Positions 8,578 through 17,880 of a stretch of 28,361 nt of DNA are shown here, piece by piece (position 1 is the stretch's first letter; each line of letters starts with the position of its first letter). Under the pieces are notes generated by a model that was not told the origin of the DNA, did no database searches, and was given only the letters and a program-made list of their open reading frames with translations. The translations under genes were made by a program, and so were the position numbers. This DNA is from Thermofilaceae archaeon. GTDB lineage: Archaea; Thermoproteota; Thermoprotei; Thermofilales; Thermofilaceae. Location: positions 1 to 28,361 of the forward strand of contig JAVYWK010000023.1 of the NCBI GenBank assembly GCA_038727095.1, read 5' to 3'.

Positions 8578-9615
8578 ATGAGGGCAGCTGTTCTGTACGG
8601 TCCGGGGGATCTGCGGTTTGAGGAGAGGGATAAGCCGGCTCCGGGGCCGGGTGAGGCTCTCGTCCGAGTGAAGGTTTGCGGGATCTGCCGCTCAGATTTT
8701 CACTACTGGAAGCACGGGAGGATCGGGGAATTCGTCGTTAGGAAGCCGTTGATACTGGGGCACGAGGCGAGCGGAATCGTTGAGGAGGTCGGCGAGGGGG
8801 TTGAACGGTTGAAGCCGGGCGACGGGGTGGTGATCGAGCCCGGTGTGCCGTGCGGTAGGTGCTTCTACTGCCGCGCTGGCCGCTATAACCTTTGCCCCCA
8901 CGTCCGGTTCATGGGTACGCCCCCCGTTGACGGGGCGTTCGTGGAGTACGTCTCCTGGCCCGCCGACTTCCTCTACAAGATGCCGGCCGGCATGAGCTTC
9001 GAGGAGGGCGCTCTCATCGAACCGCTGTCCGTCGCGGTTCACGCGGTGAGGAGGGCTAGATTGGAGCCGGGTTCGAGCGTCGCGATCTTCGGCGTCGGAG
9101 CGATAGGGATGGTCACCCTCGAGGCTGTAAGAGCGGCGGGCGCCGGGAGGATTTTCGTCGTCGACGTTGACGATTGGAAGCTGGATCTAGCCCTGCGGCG
9201 AGGAGCTGAAGCGGCGATCAACGCGGTGAGGGAGAACCCCGTGGAGGCGATCAAGCGCTTGACGGGGGGTGAAGGGGTGGACTACGTCTTTGAGGTGTCC
9301 GGCGCCGAGAAGGCATCCTATCAATCCGTGAAGGTGGCGAGGAGGGGAGGCGTCGTCGTCCTCGTCGGTTTGTACGCGAGCGATGAGTTCCAGTACCCGG
9401 TGCTCGAGGCGATCATCAAGGAGGTGGATATCAGGGGCGTGCACAGGTACGCGAACGCCTTCCAGCCCGCTATCGAGCTCGTCGCGAAGGGTAGAGTCAA
9501 GGTCGCGGACCTGGTGACGCACAAGATCCCCCTCGAGAGGCTCGAGGAAGGCTTCAGGATAATGGATGAGGGAAGGGAGAAGTACATCAAGATCCAGGTG
9601 GACGTCACACGTTAG
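8578..9615 (+). CDS. Zn-dependent polyol (sorbitol/xylitol-type) dehydrogenase
   Basis: GICRSD, GHE, CGRCFYCRAGRYNLC, EPLSVAVH, GVGAIG, RYAN; ATG 8578 with GGTGGA RBS. Confidence 0.9.
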   Translation: MRAAVLYGPGDLRFEERDKPAPGPGEALVRVKVCGICRSDFHYWKHGRIGEFVVRKPLILGHEASGIVEEVGEGVERLKPGDGVVIEPGVPCGRCFYCRAGRYNLCPHVRFMGTPPVDGAFVEYVSWPADFLYKMPAGMSFEEGALIEPLSVAVHAVRRARLEPGSSVAIFGVGAIGMVTLEAVRAAGAGRIFVVDVDDWKLDLALRRGAEAAINAVRENPVEAIKRLTGGEGVDYVFEVSGAEKASYQSVKVARRGGVVVLVGLYASDEFQYPVLEAIIKEVDIRGVHRYANAFQPAIELVAKGRVKVADLVTHKIPLERLEEGFRIMDEGREKYIKIQVDVTR

Positions 9616-9636
9616 CGTCCGGTCTCTGAGCCAGAT

Positions 9637-9715
9637 CTGCCGACGCTCTATGTGGGAACAGGCGGCTGGACGAGCTACGAGAGAAAGGTACCTGCCCTCA
9701 GGGTTCACGTGGTAG
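9637..9715 (+). pseudogene. Possible remnant of a DUF72-family gene
   Basis: LYVGTGGWTSY followed in another frame by RYLPSGFTW*, resembling two non-adjacent DUF72 motifs. Confidence 0.3.
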
Positions 9716-9786
9716 CTCTGGCCTATTGAAGCAATTGGTGCCTGCACGAGTCGCTAGCCTTTTCTACTCGCAGCCTCAGGAGGCCG

Positions 9787-10662
9787 GTGAACCCCTTCAT
9801 CAACCGCGTCTGTTTTACATGCATCGCCAGGCTGGCGCTCTACCTCTCTACGCTATCCTCCGGCAACGAAAGGGAGATCGTCGTGAAGGCGCTCGAGCTG
9901 GCGGAGCGCTTCGCAAAGGTGGCTAAGAGCAGCTTGGACGACTACGTCGAGCTGTCCGCGGGGATTGCCGGAGTTGTAGCGGAGGAGCTGGGCGACCCCT
10001 ACTCATCGGTTAAGAGGAGCAGCATGGAAGCTGCCTTCCGCCTCCTACCCATTGCTGAACGCTACGTCAGCGAGGGGGGCGACCCTCTACGTCGAGCCGC
10101 TAGTGTGGCTGTAGCGGGGAACGCGCTCGACTTCGCGACGGGCGTGTACAGCGTCTCCCTGAGCGATTTTGCCGCGGAGTTCGAGAGGAGGTTGAGGGAG
10201 CCTTTCGCGATCGACAACCTCGACCAGCTCGAGAGGGACTTAGAGGCGGCGGAGACGGTCCTCTACGTCCTCGACAACGCGGGCGAGTGCGTCCTCGACC
10301 TCCCGCTGGTAAAGCTCCTCTCCCAGCAGGCGCGAATCGTCGTGGCTGCTAGGGGAGCGGCTGTCTTCAACGACGCCACCCTTGCGGAGGCCGAGGAGGC
10401 CGGATTAGGCGAGTACGCTGAGCTGACAACTACGGGCTGCCGCGTGCCCGGCGTAAGCGCGAGGAGGTGCAGCCCCGATTTCCTCAGGCTGCTGGCCGAA
10501 GCCGACGTCGCGATCCTGAAGGGGCAGGGCAACTTCCAGTCGTTCACGGAGGTTGCGAAAATCAGAGGGAAGCCCGCCTATTACCTTCTCGTGCCAAAGT
10601 GCGAGCCCGTAGCCCGCTACCTCGGCGTCCCCGTCGGCTGCAGGGTCGCTGTCAGGCGTTGA
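9787..10662 (+). CDS. DUF89/ARMT1-like damage-control phosphatase
   Basis: CxxC N-terminus, DPYSSVK, AGNALDF, LDNAGE, NDAT, KGQGNFQS, KC.PVA. Confidence 0.9.
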   Translation: MNPFINRVCFTCIARLALYLSTLSSGNEREIVVKALELAERFAKVAKSSLDDYVELSAGIAGVVAEELGDPYSSVKRSSMEAAFRLLPIAERYVSEGGDPLRRAASVAVAGNALDFATGVYSVSLSDFAAEFERRLREPFAIDNLDQLERDLEAAETVLYVLDNAGECVLDLPLVKLLSQQARIVVAARGAAVFNDATLAEAEEAGLGEYAELTTTGCRVPGVSARRCSPDFLRLLAEADVAILKGQGNFQSFTEVAKIRGKPAYYLLVPKCEPVARYLGVPVGCRVAVRR

Positions 10663-12169
10663 GCCTCCTGTACAGGCCCTTAAGGCGCTTGTACGCTTCG
10701 ACGTAGAGCTCGAACTTCCTCCGAAAGGCTTCGACGGCCCTCGGATCCGGTTTGAAGACCGCTTCGGGCTGAGCCAGCTCCTTCGCCACCCTGAAGTCCC
10801 AGCGCCCCAGCGCAACGAGACCCACCGTCAGAGCCCCCGTCAGGGTGGCTTCCTTCGCAGAGGCCACCCTCACCACTTCCACCCCTAGTGCGCTCGCCAG
10901 GGCTGCGCACAGAGCGTCGTAGAGCGCTCCGCCCCCCACCACCCTGATGCTGGAGACCTCCCGGTCGAGTAAGCGCTTGAAGTACTCGTACTCCCACCTC
11001 ATGTTGAGCGCCACTCCCTCAACAACGGCCGCGAGGATCTCGGCGTCACCAGCGTCGAGGGAGAGGTTAAGGATGGCCCCCCTCAGCCTCGGATCCTCCA
11101 CAGGTGAGCGCTCGCCGTAGAGCCACGGGAGGAAGAGCAGCCTGCTCTCGCCAACCCTGTAGCCGGACAGGAGCTTCTCCGCCTCCTTCGGTCCGGGGAG
11201 CTTGAGGATCTTGATCGCGTAGTCGATCGCCGCCCCACCCGTCTGCTGCTCAGCTACGAGCAGATACCTGCCCGGGATCGCGCTCAGTATGCAGCCCATG
11301 TAGTGGGCCACGTCCAACCTCCTCGAGGGGACGTGAGCCGCGAGCCAGTCCCCAGTCCCGATGTAGGCGTGCACCTCGAAGTCCTCGACAGCTCCGGAGC
11401 CCACGGCTGTCGCTGGCACGTCGCCGCAGCCCGCCACGACCTTCACGCGCCCGCTCAAGCCCAGCTCCCCGCTAACCTCCGGCTTCAGCCCCCCAACAAT
11501 CTCCGTCGGCTTAACGATCTCCGGCAGCTTGCTCAAATCCAGGCCGAAGAGCTCCACGAGGCTCCTGCTCCAATCCACAGCGAGAGGGTTACGGGTGTCC
11601 ACGAGCCAGGTTATGCTGGCCTCATCAACGGTGATCACAGCCCTGCCGGTTAGCCTGTGCAAGAGGTACCCTTTAACGTCGAGGAACTTCCACGTTTTAG
11701 CGTAAGCGTCTGGCTGCTCAGAGGCGAACCAGGCGTACTTCGGCAGCGGGTCCTTGCCCAGCCTCCCGGGCGCACCCCCGCTGATCCTCAGCAGCCTCGT
11801 GAGCGTGGGAAGGTGGTATCCGGAGACCTTTGGAGACCCCTCGAAGAGCCTCTTAGGGTACCCCGCGGCCCTCGTGTCCAGCCACGTCAAGATACCGGAG
11901 AGGGGCTCGCCGCTCGCGTCTACCGGCACAACGCCGGCCATCTGGGTATCCATCACCAGGGCCTCAATGCCCTCGAGGCCTGCCGCAGCAGCGCTGACCG
12001 CTTCGGCGAAAGCATTCCAAAGCCGCTCAGGGTCGAGCTCGGCGAACCCTGGCTGCGGCATCGAGAGGGTTAGAGGGGCGAAGGTAAACCTCTCGAACCT
12101 GAAGGACTCGGTGTTGAAGACGGCCGCCTTAACCGTCGAAGTCCCAACGTCTACAGCGAGGACCCTCAT
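10652..12169 (-). CDS. FGGY-family carbohydrate kinase (xylulokinase-like)
   Basis: AVDVGTSTVKA, WLDTRA, GCGD, FLPWLYGERSP, VEGVA, VVGGGA. Confidence 0.9.
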   Translation of the reverse strand: MRVLAVDVGTSTVKAAVFNTESFRFERFTFAPLTLSMPQPGFAELDPERLWNAFAEAVSAAAAGLEGIEALVMDTQMAGVVPVDASGEPLSGILTWLDTRAAGYPKRLFEGSPKVSGYHLPTLTRLLRISGGAPGRLGKDPLPKYAWFASEQPDAYAKTWKFLDVKGYLLHRLTGRAVITVDEASITWLVDTRNPLAVDWSRSLVELFGLDLSKLPEIVKPTEIVGGLKPEVSGELGLSGRVKVVAGCGDVPATAVGSGAVEDFEVHAYIGTGDWLAAHVPSRRLDVAHYMGCILSAIPGRYLLVAEQQTGGAAIDYAIKILKLPGPKEAEKLLSGYRVGESRLLFLPWLYGERSPVEDPRLRGAILNLSLDAGDAEILAAVVEGVALNMRWEYEYFKRLLDREVSSIRVVGGGALYDALCAALASALGVEVVRVASAKEATLTGALTVGLVALGRWDFRVAKELAQPEAVFKPDPRAVEAFRRKFELYVEAYKRLKGLYRRLNA

Positions 12170-12174
12170 CGACC

Positions 12175-13398
12175 CTACCCGAAGAGCGCCTCGACGTTGT
12201 ACTCCCTCCTCTCACCGTCGCACTCCTCGATCACGTTCACTGGAATCCCCTTGCCCAGCTTCGTAACCACCAGCTCCCTAGCCAGCTTGAACAGCTCCAC
12301 AGGGTCGATGACCGCCTCGGGCGGGTGGACGCCCGGCTCCTTGATCAAGCCCCTGACCATCATTATGCCGCCCAGGCCGAGCGGTATGCCCGTCGCGTCA
12401 CCCATGCCCAGGCCGCGGGCGGTCGTGTAGAAGGTGAACTTGCACCTCCTCCCGCCGCGCCGCCCCTCTACGACGATTGCGAGCGAGCCCACCGGCTCCC
12501 TTGGCCCGTGCCTCGCAAGCAGCTCCCCCCTCTTCTTGAGCACGTAGGCGACAGCGAAGTCCCTGCATTTCACCCTCACACCTCCCACCTCAACCTCCTC
12601 GTCGGAGAAGAGGCCGGCTCTCACGAGCGTCCTGATGAGGGCCGGGAACTGGGGCGGTAGCACGGTACCGAGGTTGGTGACGCGACCCTTGATCCTCAAG
12701 TGCTTCGGCAGCGTGTAGGTCTCAGGGTGCGGGTACAGGTACACGGGAACCCTACCAAGTCCGGGAAAATCGAACTCCTGCTCGAACTGCTTGGCGAAAT
12801 CCGACTCGAGGCTGGTGTATACGAGCTTCCCCTCAAGGTACACCGGTATGTCGATCATCATCGAGTGGGCCCTATGCAGGATGACGGCTGGCCCCTCGTA
12901 GGGCTCGCCCCCGTGCACGTGCAGGATGTCCACGTTCTCGATCTCGTCCAGCAAACGCTGGGCAGCAAACTTAACGATCAAGTTGCTCAAACCGGGCGAG
13001 CTCCCCATCCCGACCAGCGCCCGAACCCCCCTCCGGACGGCTTCCGCGTGCATCTCCAGCATCTGCAAGGTAGCGTCCAAGTCGTCGCACACATCGACGT
13101 AGTCGACGCCCGCCTCCAAGGCCGCTGCAAGGATCTTGGGCCCATAAATGAAGAAGGGGCCTACCGCGTTGAGGACGATGTCGGCGCTCCTCATCAAGCT
13201 CGCGAGAGAAGCTCGGTCATCCGCGTCCACGGCGCTCACCGTAACCCCTTCTACCCGGGCTGCTTCGACGAGCCTTCGGAGCTCCTCCACCCTTTTATCT
13301 GCGAGGACGAGCTCGTCGAATGCGCCAGTCTGGGAAAGAAAGAGCCAGCACGCCCTGCCAACCGCGCCCGCAGCCCCCAAGATCAGGGCCTTAACCAT
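12175..13398 (-). CDS. Saccharopine dehydrogenase-family NAD(P)-dependent oxidoreductase
   Basis: ILGAAGAVG, LNAVGPF, YVDVCDD, GMGSSPGLSN, HPETYTLP, PGVHPPE. Confidence 0.88.
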   Translation of the reverse strand: MVKALILGAAGAVGRACWLFLSQTGAFDELVLADKRVEELRRLVEAARVEGVTVSAVDADDRASLASLMRSADIVLNAVGPFFIYGPKILAAALEAGVDYVDVCDDLDATLQMLEMHAEAVRRGVRALVGMGSSPGLSNLIVKFAAQRLLDEIENVDILHVHGGEPYEGPAVILHRAHSMMIDIPVYLEGKLVYTSLESDFAKQFEQEFDFPGLGRVPVYLYPHPETYTLPKHLRIKGRVTNLGTVLPPQFPALIRTLVRAGLFSDEEVEVGGVRVKCRDFAVAYVLKKRGELLARHGPREPVGSLAIVVEGRRGGRRCKFTFYTTARGLGMGDATGIPLGLGGIMMVRGLIKEPGVHPPEAVIDPVELFKLARELVVTKLGKGIPVNVIEECDGERREYNVEALFG

Positions 13399-13476
13399 GG
13401 CCTTTCGCGTGAGTGAACCATTAAAGTAAATAAGAGTTGCCGTTATATCGAGTAAAAGCCCTGTGCAGCCTGATCC

Positions 13477-13998
13477 TCAGGAGGGGAGTTTAAGGGGGTT
13501 GCCCCACGTGTTCTCGAAAGCTATCTCCTGGAGCGGTTTGCGGGGCCGCGGGCCCGGAGTCTCGGCTGGAACGCCGACGGGGGTGAGCGCGACAACCCTG
13601 TACTGGTCGGGGATACCGAGGAGCCTTTTGACCTGCCCCTCGTCGAAAGCCCCGATCCAGCACGTCCCGTAGCCGAGCTCCGTCGCGGTGAGGATCAAGT
13701 GCTCCATCGCGATCATCACGTCCCTATCGTGCCAGCGGGGCGAAGCGTTGGGGTCGGAGACGGCGACGACTATCGCCCCTGCGTCAGCGATGAACATCTG
13801 CCTGGCGGCTGCTTCGGCAAGCCTCCTCTTCAGCTCCGGATCCCTCACTACGATGAAGTACCAAGGCTGCCTGTTCCCCGCGGACGGCGCTAGCCTCGCA
13901 GCCTCCAGCATCACCTTGAGATCCTCGTCCTTGACGGGATCCGGCTTGTACGCTCTAACGCTCCTCCTCTTCCTGATAACGTCGAGAACGGCGCTCAT
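13477..13998 (-). CDS. Nitroreductase-family flavoprotein
   Basis: RRSVRAY, APSAGNRQPW, LGYGTCWIGAF, RPRKPL; true start ATG 13998, since the upstream extension overlaps the divergent gene. Confidence 0.92.
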   Translation of the reverse strand: MSAVLDVIRKRRSVRAYKPDPVKDEDLKVMLEAARLAPSAGNRQPWYFIVVRDPELKRRLAEAAARQMFIADAGAIVVAVSDPNASPRWHDRDVMIAMEHLILTATELGYGTCWIGAFDEGQVKRLLGIPDQYRVVALTPVGVPAETPGPRPRKPLQEIAFENTWGNPLKLPS

Positions 13999-14070
13999 CG
14001 CATAGCGGTCGAACAACCGATAAAAATACCTTTCCCGGAAGCTATCCATTTTTACGGCCGGCCCCCAGGC

Positions 14071-15081
14071 GTGCTGATGAAGCTCGCGATAGTGGGCTGC
14101 GGCGGGATGGGTGAAGCTCACGTTAGGGACTTGGCGCAACTGAAGAAGGCGGGCTTCGACGTGGAAGTGAAGTACCTGGTTGACGTGGACCCGGCGCGCG
14201 CGGAGAACTTGAAGAAGAAGCACAACTTGACGGGCGCGGAGGTCTTAACAGACTACCGGAAAACGCTGGGCAAGGTGGACGCGGCTGTCATAGCGACGCC
14301 GCACGCCGAGCACTACTCCCAGGTCATGGACTACGTGGCCAGCGGCTCTCACGTGCTCGTTGAGAAGCCCATGGTCTGCAACCTGAGGCAGGCGCTGGAT
14401 GTCTACGAAGCTTGGAGGAGGAGCGGGCTCGTCGTTGAAGTCGCCTTCCAGAGGCACTTCGAGAAGCCTTGGGTGGCCGCGAGGGACCTCGTGTCGAAGG
14501 GTGAGTTGGGCAGCATTGAGATGATCTCGATGATCCTCGGCCAGGCCTACACGGGCGTCAAGGGTACTTGGAGGGCCGTCAAAAGGATCAGCTGCGGTGG
14601 TGAGCTGATAGACAGCGGGAGCCACTTCCTTGATATCGCGCTCTGGATTACGGGTCTCAGGGCTGATGAGGTTTTCGCCTACCAGGATTACAGGGGCTTT
14701 GAGATCGACATCAACACCGCGCTCGTCGCGAAGCTGGAGGGGGGTGCCCTCCTCCTCTTCACCGTCGCGGGCGACGACCCGGGGTGGCTGGAGGTGGAGA
14801 TCTTCTGGGGTGAGAAGGGCAGGCTGATCGTCCAACCGCCAGCCGTGCTGATCGAGAGGAGGGGTAAGGGTGGAGAGGCAGTCGATTTGACGCCCTACCC
14901 CTCCTCCAGGCCCATCTTCAACTTCGTCAAGTCGGTATTGGGGATGGAGGAGAACGGGAGCCCACCGATCTGCGGAGTCAGGATGCAGGAGGTTGCGGAC
15001 GCCGCCTACCGCTCCGTGGAGCTGGGTAGACCCGTTAAAGTCGCGGAGCTTTACGAGGAGATCGGCGCTAGGAGACCCTAG
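14071..15081 (+). CDS. Gfo/Idh/MocA-family oxidoreductase
   Basis: IVGCGGMG, IATPHAEH, LVEKPM, GGELIDSGSHFLD; start may be ATG 14077. Confidence 0.92.
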   Translation: MLMKLAIVGCGGMGEAHVRDLAQLKKAGFDVEVKYLVDVDPARAENLKKKHNLTGAEVLTDYRKTLGKVDAAVIATPHAEHYSQVMDYVASGSHVLVEKPMVCNLRQALDVYEAWRRSGLVVEVAFQRHFEKPWVAARDLVSKGELGSIEMISMILGQAYTGVKGTWRAVKRISCGGELIDSGSHFLDIALWITGLRADEVFAYQDYRGFEIDINTALVAKLEGGALLLFTVAGDDPGWLEVEIFWGEKGRLIVQPPAVLIERRGKGGEAVDLTPYPSSRPIFNFVKSVLGMEENGSPPICGVRMQEVADAAYRSVELGRPVKVAELYEEIGARRP

Positions 15082-16622
15082 TGCTCCACGGCCACCTGCT
15101 GGATGGGTAGAACCGGTTCCACGATCTTTCTCATGACCGTGTCGAGCCCTGGCCTTCCCACCTCGAACACGGTGGCAGTCTCCAGGTAGGCTTCAGCCAC
15201 CTGAAGCTTGGTGGAGTGCTCGCTGTGCACGGTGAGCAGTGGGTCACCCTTCTTGACGACATCCCCCAGCTTCGCGTGCAGCAGCACTCCCGCCCCCTTG
15301 TCCTTCGGGGCTCCCGCGAGTCGAGCGAGCGTGGCAACCGCTGTGTTGTTCACCCATGTCACAACCCCGTCGCGTTCCGCGTAGATCGTGAAAGTTTTCT
15401 CTCCCACTGGCAGGTCTTCGGGCTTCACATTGGGATCCCCTCCCTGCTCCCGTATGATCTCCCGCAGCTTTGCTAGAGCCTTGCCGCTTCGTATGGCCTC
15501 CAACGCTAGGGCCTTACCGTTGGTGACTCCTATGAGCTCGAGGAGCGAGCCGACCAAGCTCGTAGCCTTGTCAACAACGTCGGCGGGGCCTTGACCGGAC
15601 AGCGCTAGCAGGGCTTCGCGTGCCTCCAGCGCGGGGCCAGCGGTGTTCCCGAGGGGTTGATCCCCGAACGTAACTACAGCTGTGAGCTGGATCCCCATCC
15701 TCCTGGCCACCTCGATGAACATCCTGGCGAGCTGCTCCGCCTCCCTCATCGTCCCAACCTTCGCACCCCTCCCCACGGGGATGTCGAGGACGACGTGCGT
15801 TGCCCCCACGGCCGCCTTCTTGGCGATGATCGAGGGGACGAGGAAGGGGTCGATGGAGAGCGGGTGCTCCACTCTGATGATCTTGTCGTCGGCTGGGGCG
15901 AGGCGAAGTGCGCCACCCCACGCGATGCATCCGCCGACCTTGAGCACCACGCGCTTGATCTCCTCAAGGGAGAGGTTGACGGGCATCAGCACCTCCGCCC
16001 TGTCCGCGGTGCCCGCGGGGCTCGTGATGGCTCGGGAGCTGGTCTTGGGTACGTAGTAACCCAATGAGGCTAGGATCGGTACTACGAGCAGCGTGGTTTT
16101 ATCCCCCGGGATCCCGCCGATGCTGTGCTTGTCCAGCACGGGCTTGACGCCCAGGTCCAGCCTCTCCCCCGTTTCAACCATGGCGCGGGAGAACTGGTAG
16201 GCCTCTTCGACGCTGAGCCCCCTCCTGCTTACAGCGACGACTAGGGCCGCCAGCTCAATGTCGCTCAACCGGTCTCTGACGATGTCCTCCACAATGGTTC
16301 TGATCTCCTGGGGGTTGAGCCACGCCCCATCTATGAGCTCCCTTATGTAGCGGGAGGAGCGGGGTGGAGGGGCGGGCTCGATTTCCACAACATCCCCCTC
16401 GCTCAGGTTTAGGCTCCGCGCGACCTCCTCGTTCACGAGGATCGTGTCCGCGGGCATCTGGATGGCGACGTTGACGATCGCTGTAACCTCCCTCCCGCCC
16501 TTCCGGAGGAGGAGGCGGTCGTGGGCTCTCACACCGAGCGCAGCGGCGGAGCCATCATCGATGACTACGAGCGGCGTACCGCTGCTGAAGCCTAGGTGCT
16601 TCACCCTGAAAAGGGAGGTCAT
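15078..16622 (-). CDS. deoA: AMP phosphorylase (archaeal NMP phosphorylase, thymidine phosphorylase family)
   Basis: DKHSIGGIPGDKT, PKTSSRAITSPAGTAD, LAPADDKII, GPALEAREAL, AGAPKDKGAG and the extra N-terminal domain; 514 aa. Confidence 0.93.
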   Translation of the reverse strand: MTSLFRVKHLGFSSGTPLVVIDDGSAAALGVRAHDRLLLRKGGREVTAIVNVAIQMPADTILVNEEVARSLNLSEGDVVEIEPAPPPRSSRYIRELIDGAWLNPQEIRTIVEDIVRDRLSDIELAALVVAVSRRGLSVEEAYQFSRAMVETGERLDLGVKPVLDKHSIGGIPGDKTTLLVVPILASLGYYVPKTSSRAITSPAGTADRAEVLMPVNLSLEEIKRVVLKVGGCIAWGGALRLAPADDKIIRVEHPLSIDPFLVPSIIAKKAAVGATHVVLDIPVGRGAKVGTMREAEQLARMFIEVARRMGIQLTAVVTFGDQPLGNTAGPALEAREALLALSGQGPADVVDKATSLVGSLLELIGVTNGKALALEAIRSGKALAKLREIIREQGGDPNVKPEDLPVGEKTFTIYAERDGVVTWVNNTAVATLARLAGAPKDKGAGVLLHAKLGDVVKKGDPLLTVHSEHSTKLQVAEAYLETATVFEVGRPGLDTVMRKIVEPVLPIQQVAVEH

Positions 16623-16652
16623 AGATTCACGTCGAGCGAGCGGTATATAACG

Positions 16653-17024
16653 TTATCTGCGCTCCACCACCGAAAAAATCGCCGTAACGAGAAGCGGGGC
16701 CCCGCACTTGGGGCAGGGTCCCTTCTCCTTGAAGACGTAGTCTCCGACCTCGTGGTCCCTCTCCTCGCGGAAGCCGCAGCTGCTGCAGGAGATGACTTCG
16801 AGGAGCCTCTTCCTCTCGATCTTCATCTTCCTGAGCCTGTCGAAGCCGACGTAGAAGAAGTATATCGCGAGTCCCGTGAGTATGGCTAGGTTGGCGTAAA
16901 TCGCGTTCCCCGTCATGAAGTACATCACGACTAAGTGGATCACGAGGAGTACAACCACTACTAGGAGGATCAGGTACACCGGGAGCCACCGGGCCTTCAG
17001 CTCAGCCAGCTTCTCGTAGCTCAT
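16653..17024 (-). CDS. Small two-TM membrane protein with C-terminal zinc ribbon
   Basis: Two hydrophobic segments, then CSSC...GDYVFK...CPKC; ATG 17024 preferred (alternative 17054). Confidence 0.8.
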   Translation of the reverse strand: MSYEKLAELKARWLPVYLILLVVVVLLVIHLVVMYFMTGNAIYANLAILTGLAIYFFYVGFDRLRKMKIERKRLLEVISCSSCGFREERDHEVGDYVFKEKGPCPKCGAPLLVTAIFSVVERR

Positions 17025-17050
17025 CCCAACCTGCGTCTCGTCGCGGTTTA

Positions 17051-17452
17051 TCAACCTCTCGTCACGACGGCGGCCACGACCACCCTCCGGCGGTTCAGCG
17101 CAGGCTGGTTCTCGAGGAAGAAGATGCCGTTACCCTCGATGGGTAGCGAGCCGCCCACGATGGGTAGCGCTAGCGTAGTGCCGATGAGCGTCGACCGAAG
17201 GTGCGCGTAAGCGTTGCCAGGGTGCCTCCAACCGAGGGTGGGGACGAGGTCCCACAGATCGCTCTCGAAGGCTTCGATAACCTCCCTGCGCTTGGGGAGC
17301 ACTACGAGCGCCCCAGTCGAGCCGACGGCTTGCAGCACGATCGCGCCCTCCTCCACACCCCTGGCGAGCTCTGCCACGCGGTCGGTGATGTCAAAGAGCT
17401 TGTTGGGCCCATAAGTCACCAGCTCGATCCTCGACGTTCTAACTACCCTCAC
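17051..17452 (-). CDS. YjbQ/UPF0047-family protein, paralogue A
   Basis: FDITDRV, GSTGAL, WRHPGNAYAHLRSTLIG, IFFLE. Confidence 0.8.
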   Translation of the reverse strand: MRVVRTSRIELVTYGPNKLFDITDRVAELARGVEEGAIVLQAVGSTGALVVLPKRREVIEAFESDLWDLVPTLGWRHPGNAYAHLRSTLIGTTLALPIVGGSLPIEGNGIFFLENQPALNRRRVVVAAVVTRG

Positions 17453-17805
17453 GTGATCACCTCAGCCACCACAACCCTCTCGCCAGCCGACTCGTTGAGG
17501 TCGAGCAGGCAGATCTGCTGGAAGGAGCCGAGCAGAAGCCCCCGCTCGAAGGGGATCACGAGGCTTGGGTGGAAGATTGAAGCTACCACGTAGGGGTTCT
17601 TCGCCTTCAAGCCGTCGATCAGCGCCATCAGATCCTCGATCAAGTCACCGTCGTACTCGATCGTGATCAGCCGGCACAGCGGGTCCGTGCAGTACAGGAT
17701 GATGATGCCCCGCTCCGCCACCGAGGCCCTCGATAGCCTCTCGACGTGCGCCGTGATGTCGTAGACGCCTCTCCCGCCGCTGGCCACCCTCACCTCCTCA
17801 CGCAC
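17449..17805 (-). CDS. YjbQ/UPF0047-family protein, paralogue B (divergent)
   Basis: YDITAHV, ITIEYDGDLIEDL, PSLVIPFERGLLLGSFQQICLLDL; TTTAAA at 17829-17834. Confidence 0.75.
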   Translation of the reverse strand: MREEVRVASGGRGVYDITAHVERLSRASVAERGIIILYCTDPLCRLITIEYDGDLIEDLMALIDGLKAKNPYVVASIFHPSLVIPFERGLLLGSFQQICLLDLNESAGERVVVAEVIT

Positions 17806-17880
17806 GCGCGGCGCGGGATTCGAGAAGCTTTAAACGTGTCGGAGGAGCACAGTTATTGGCCCCCTCGCACCGGGCGTCCC

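Noticed and set aside
8370-8621. 83-aa ORF upstream of the dehydrogenase
   Set aside because: No motif; covers the probable promoter (TTTATTA at 8521) and overlaps the next gene.
13999-14223. N-terminal extension of the nitroreductase
   Set aside because: Spans the divergent promoter and overlaps the Gfo/Idh/MocA gene.
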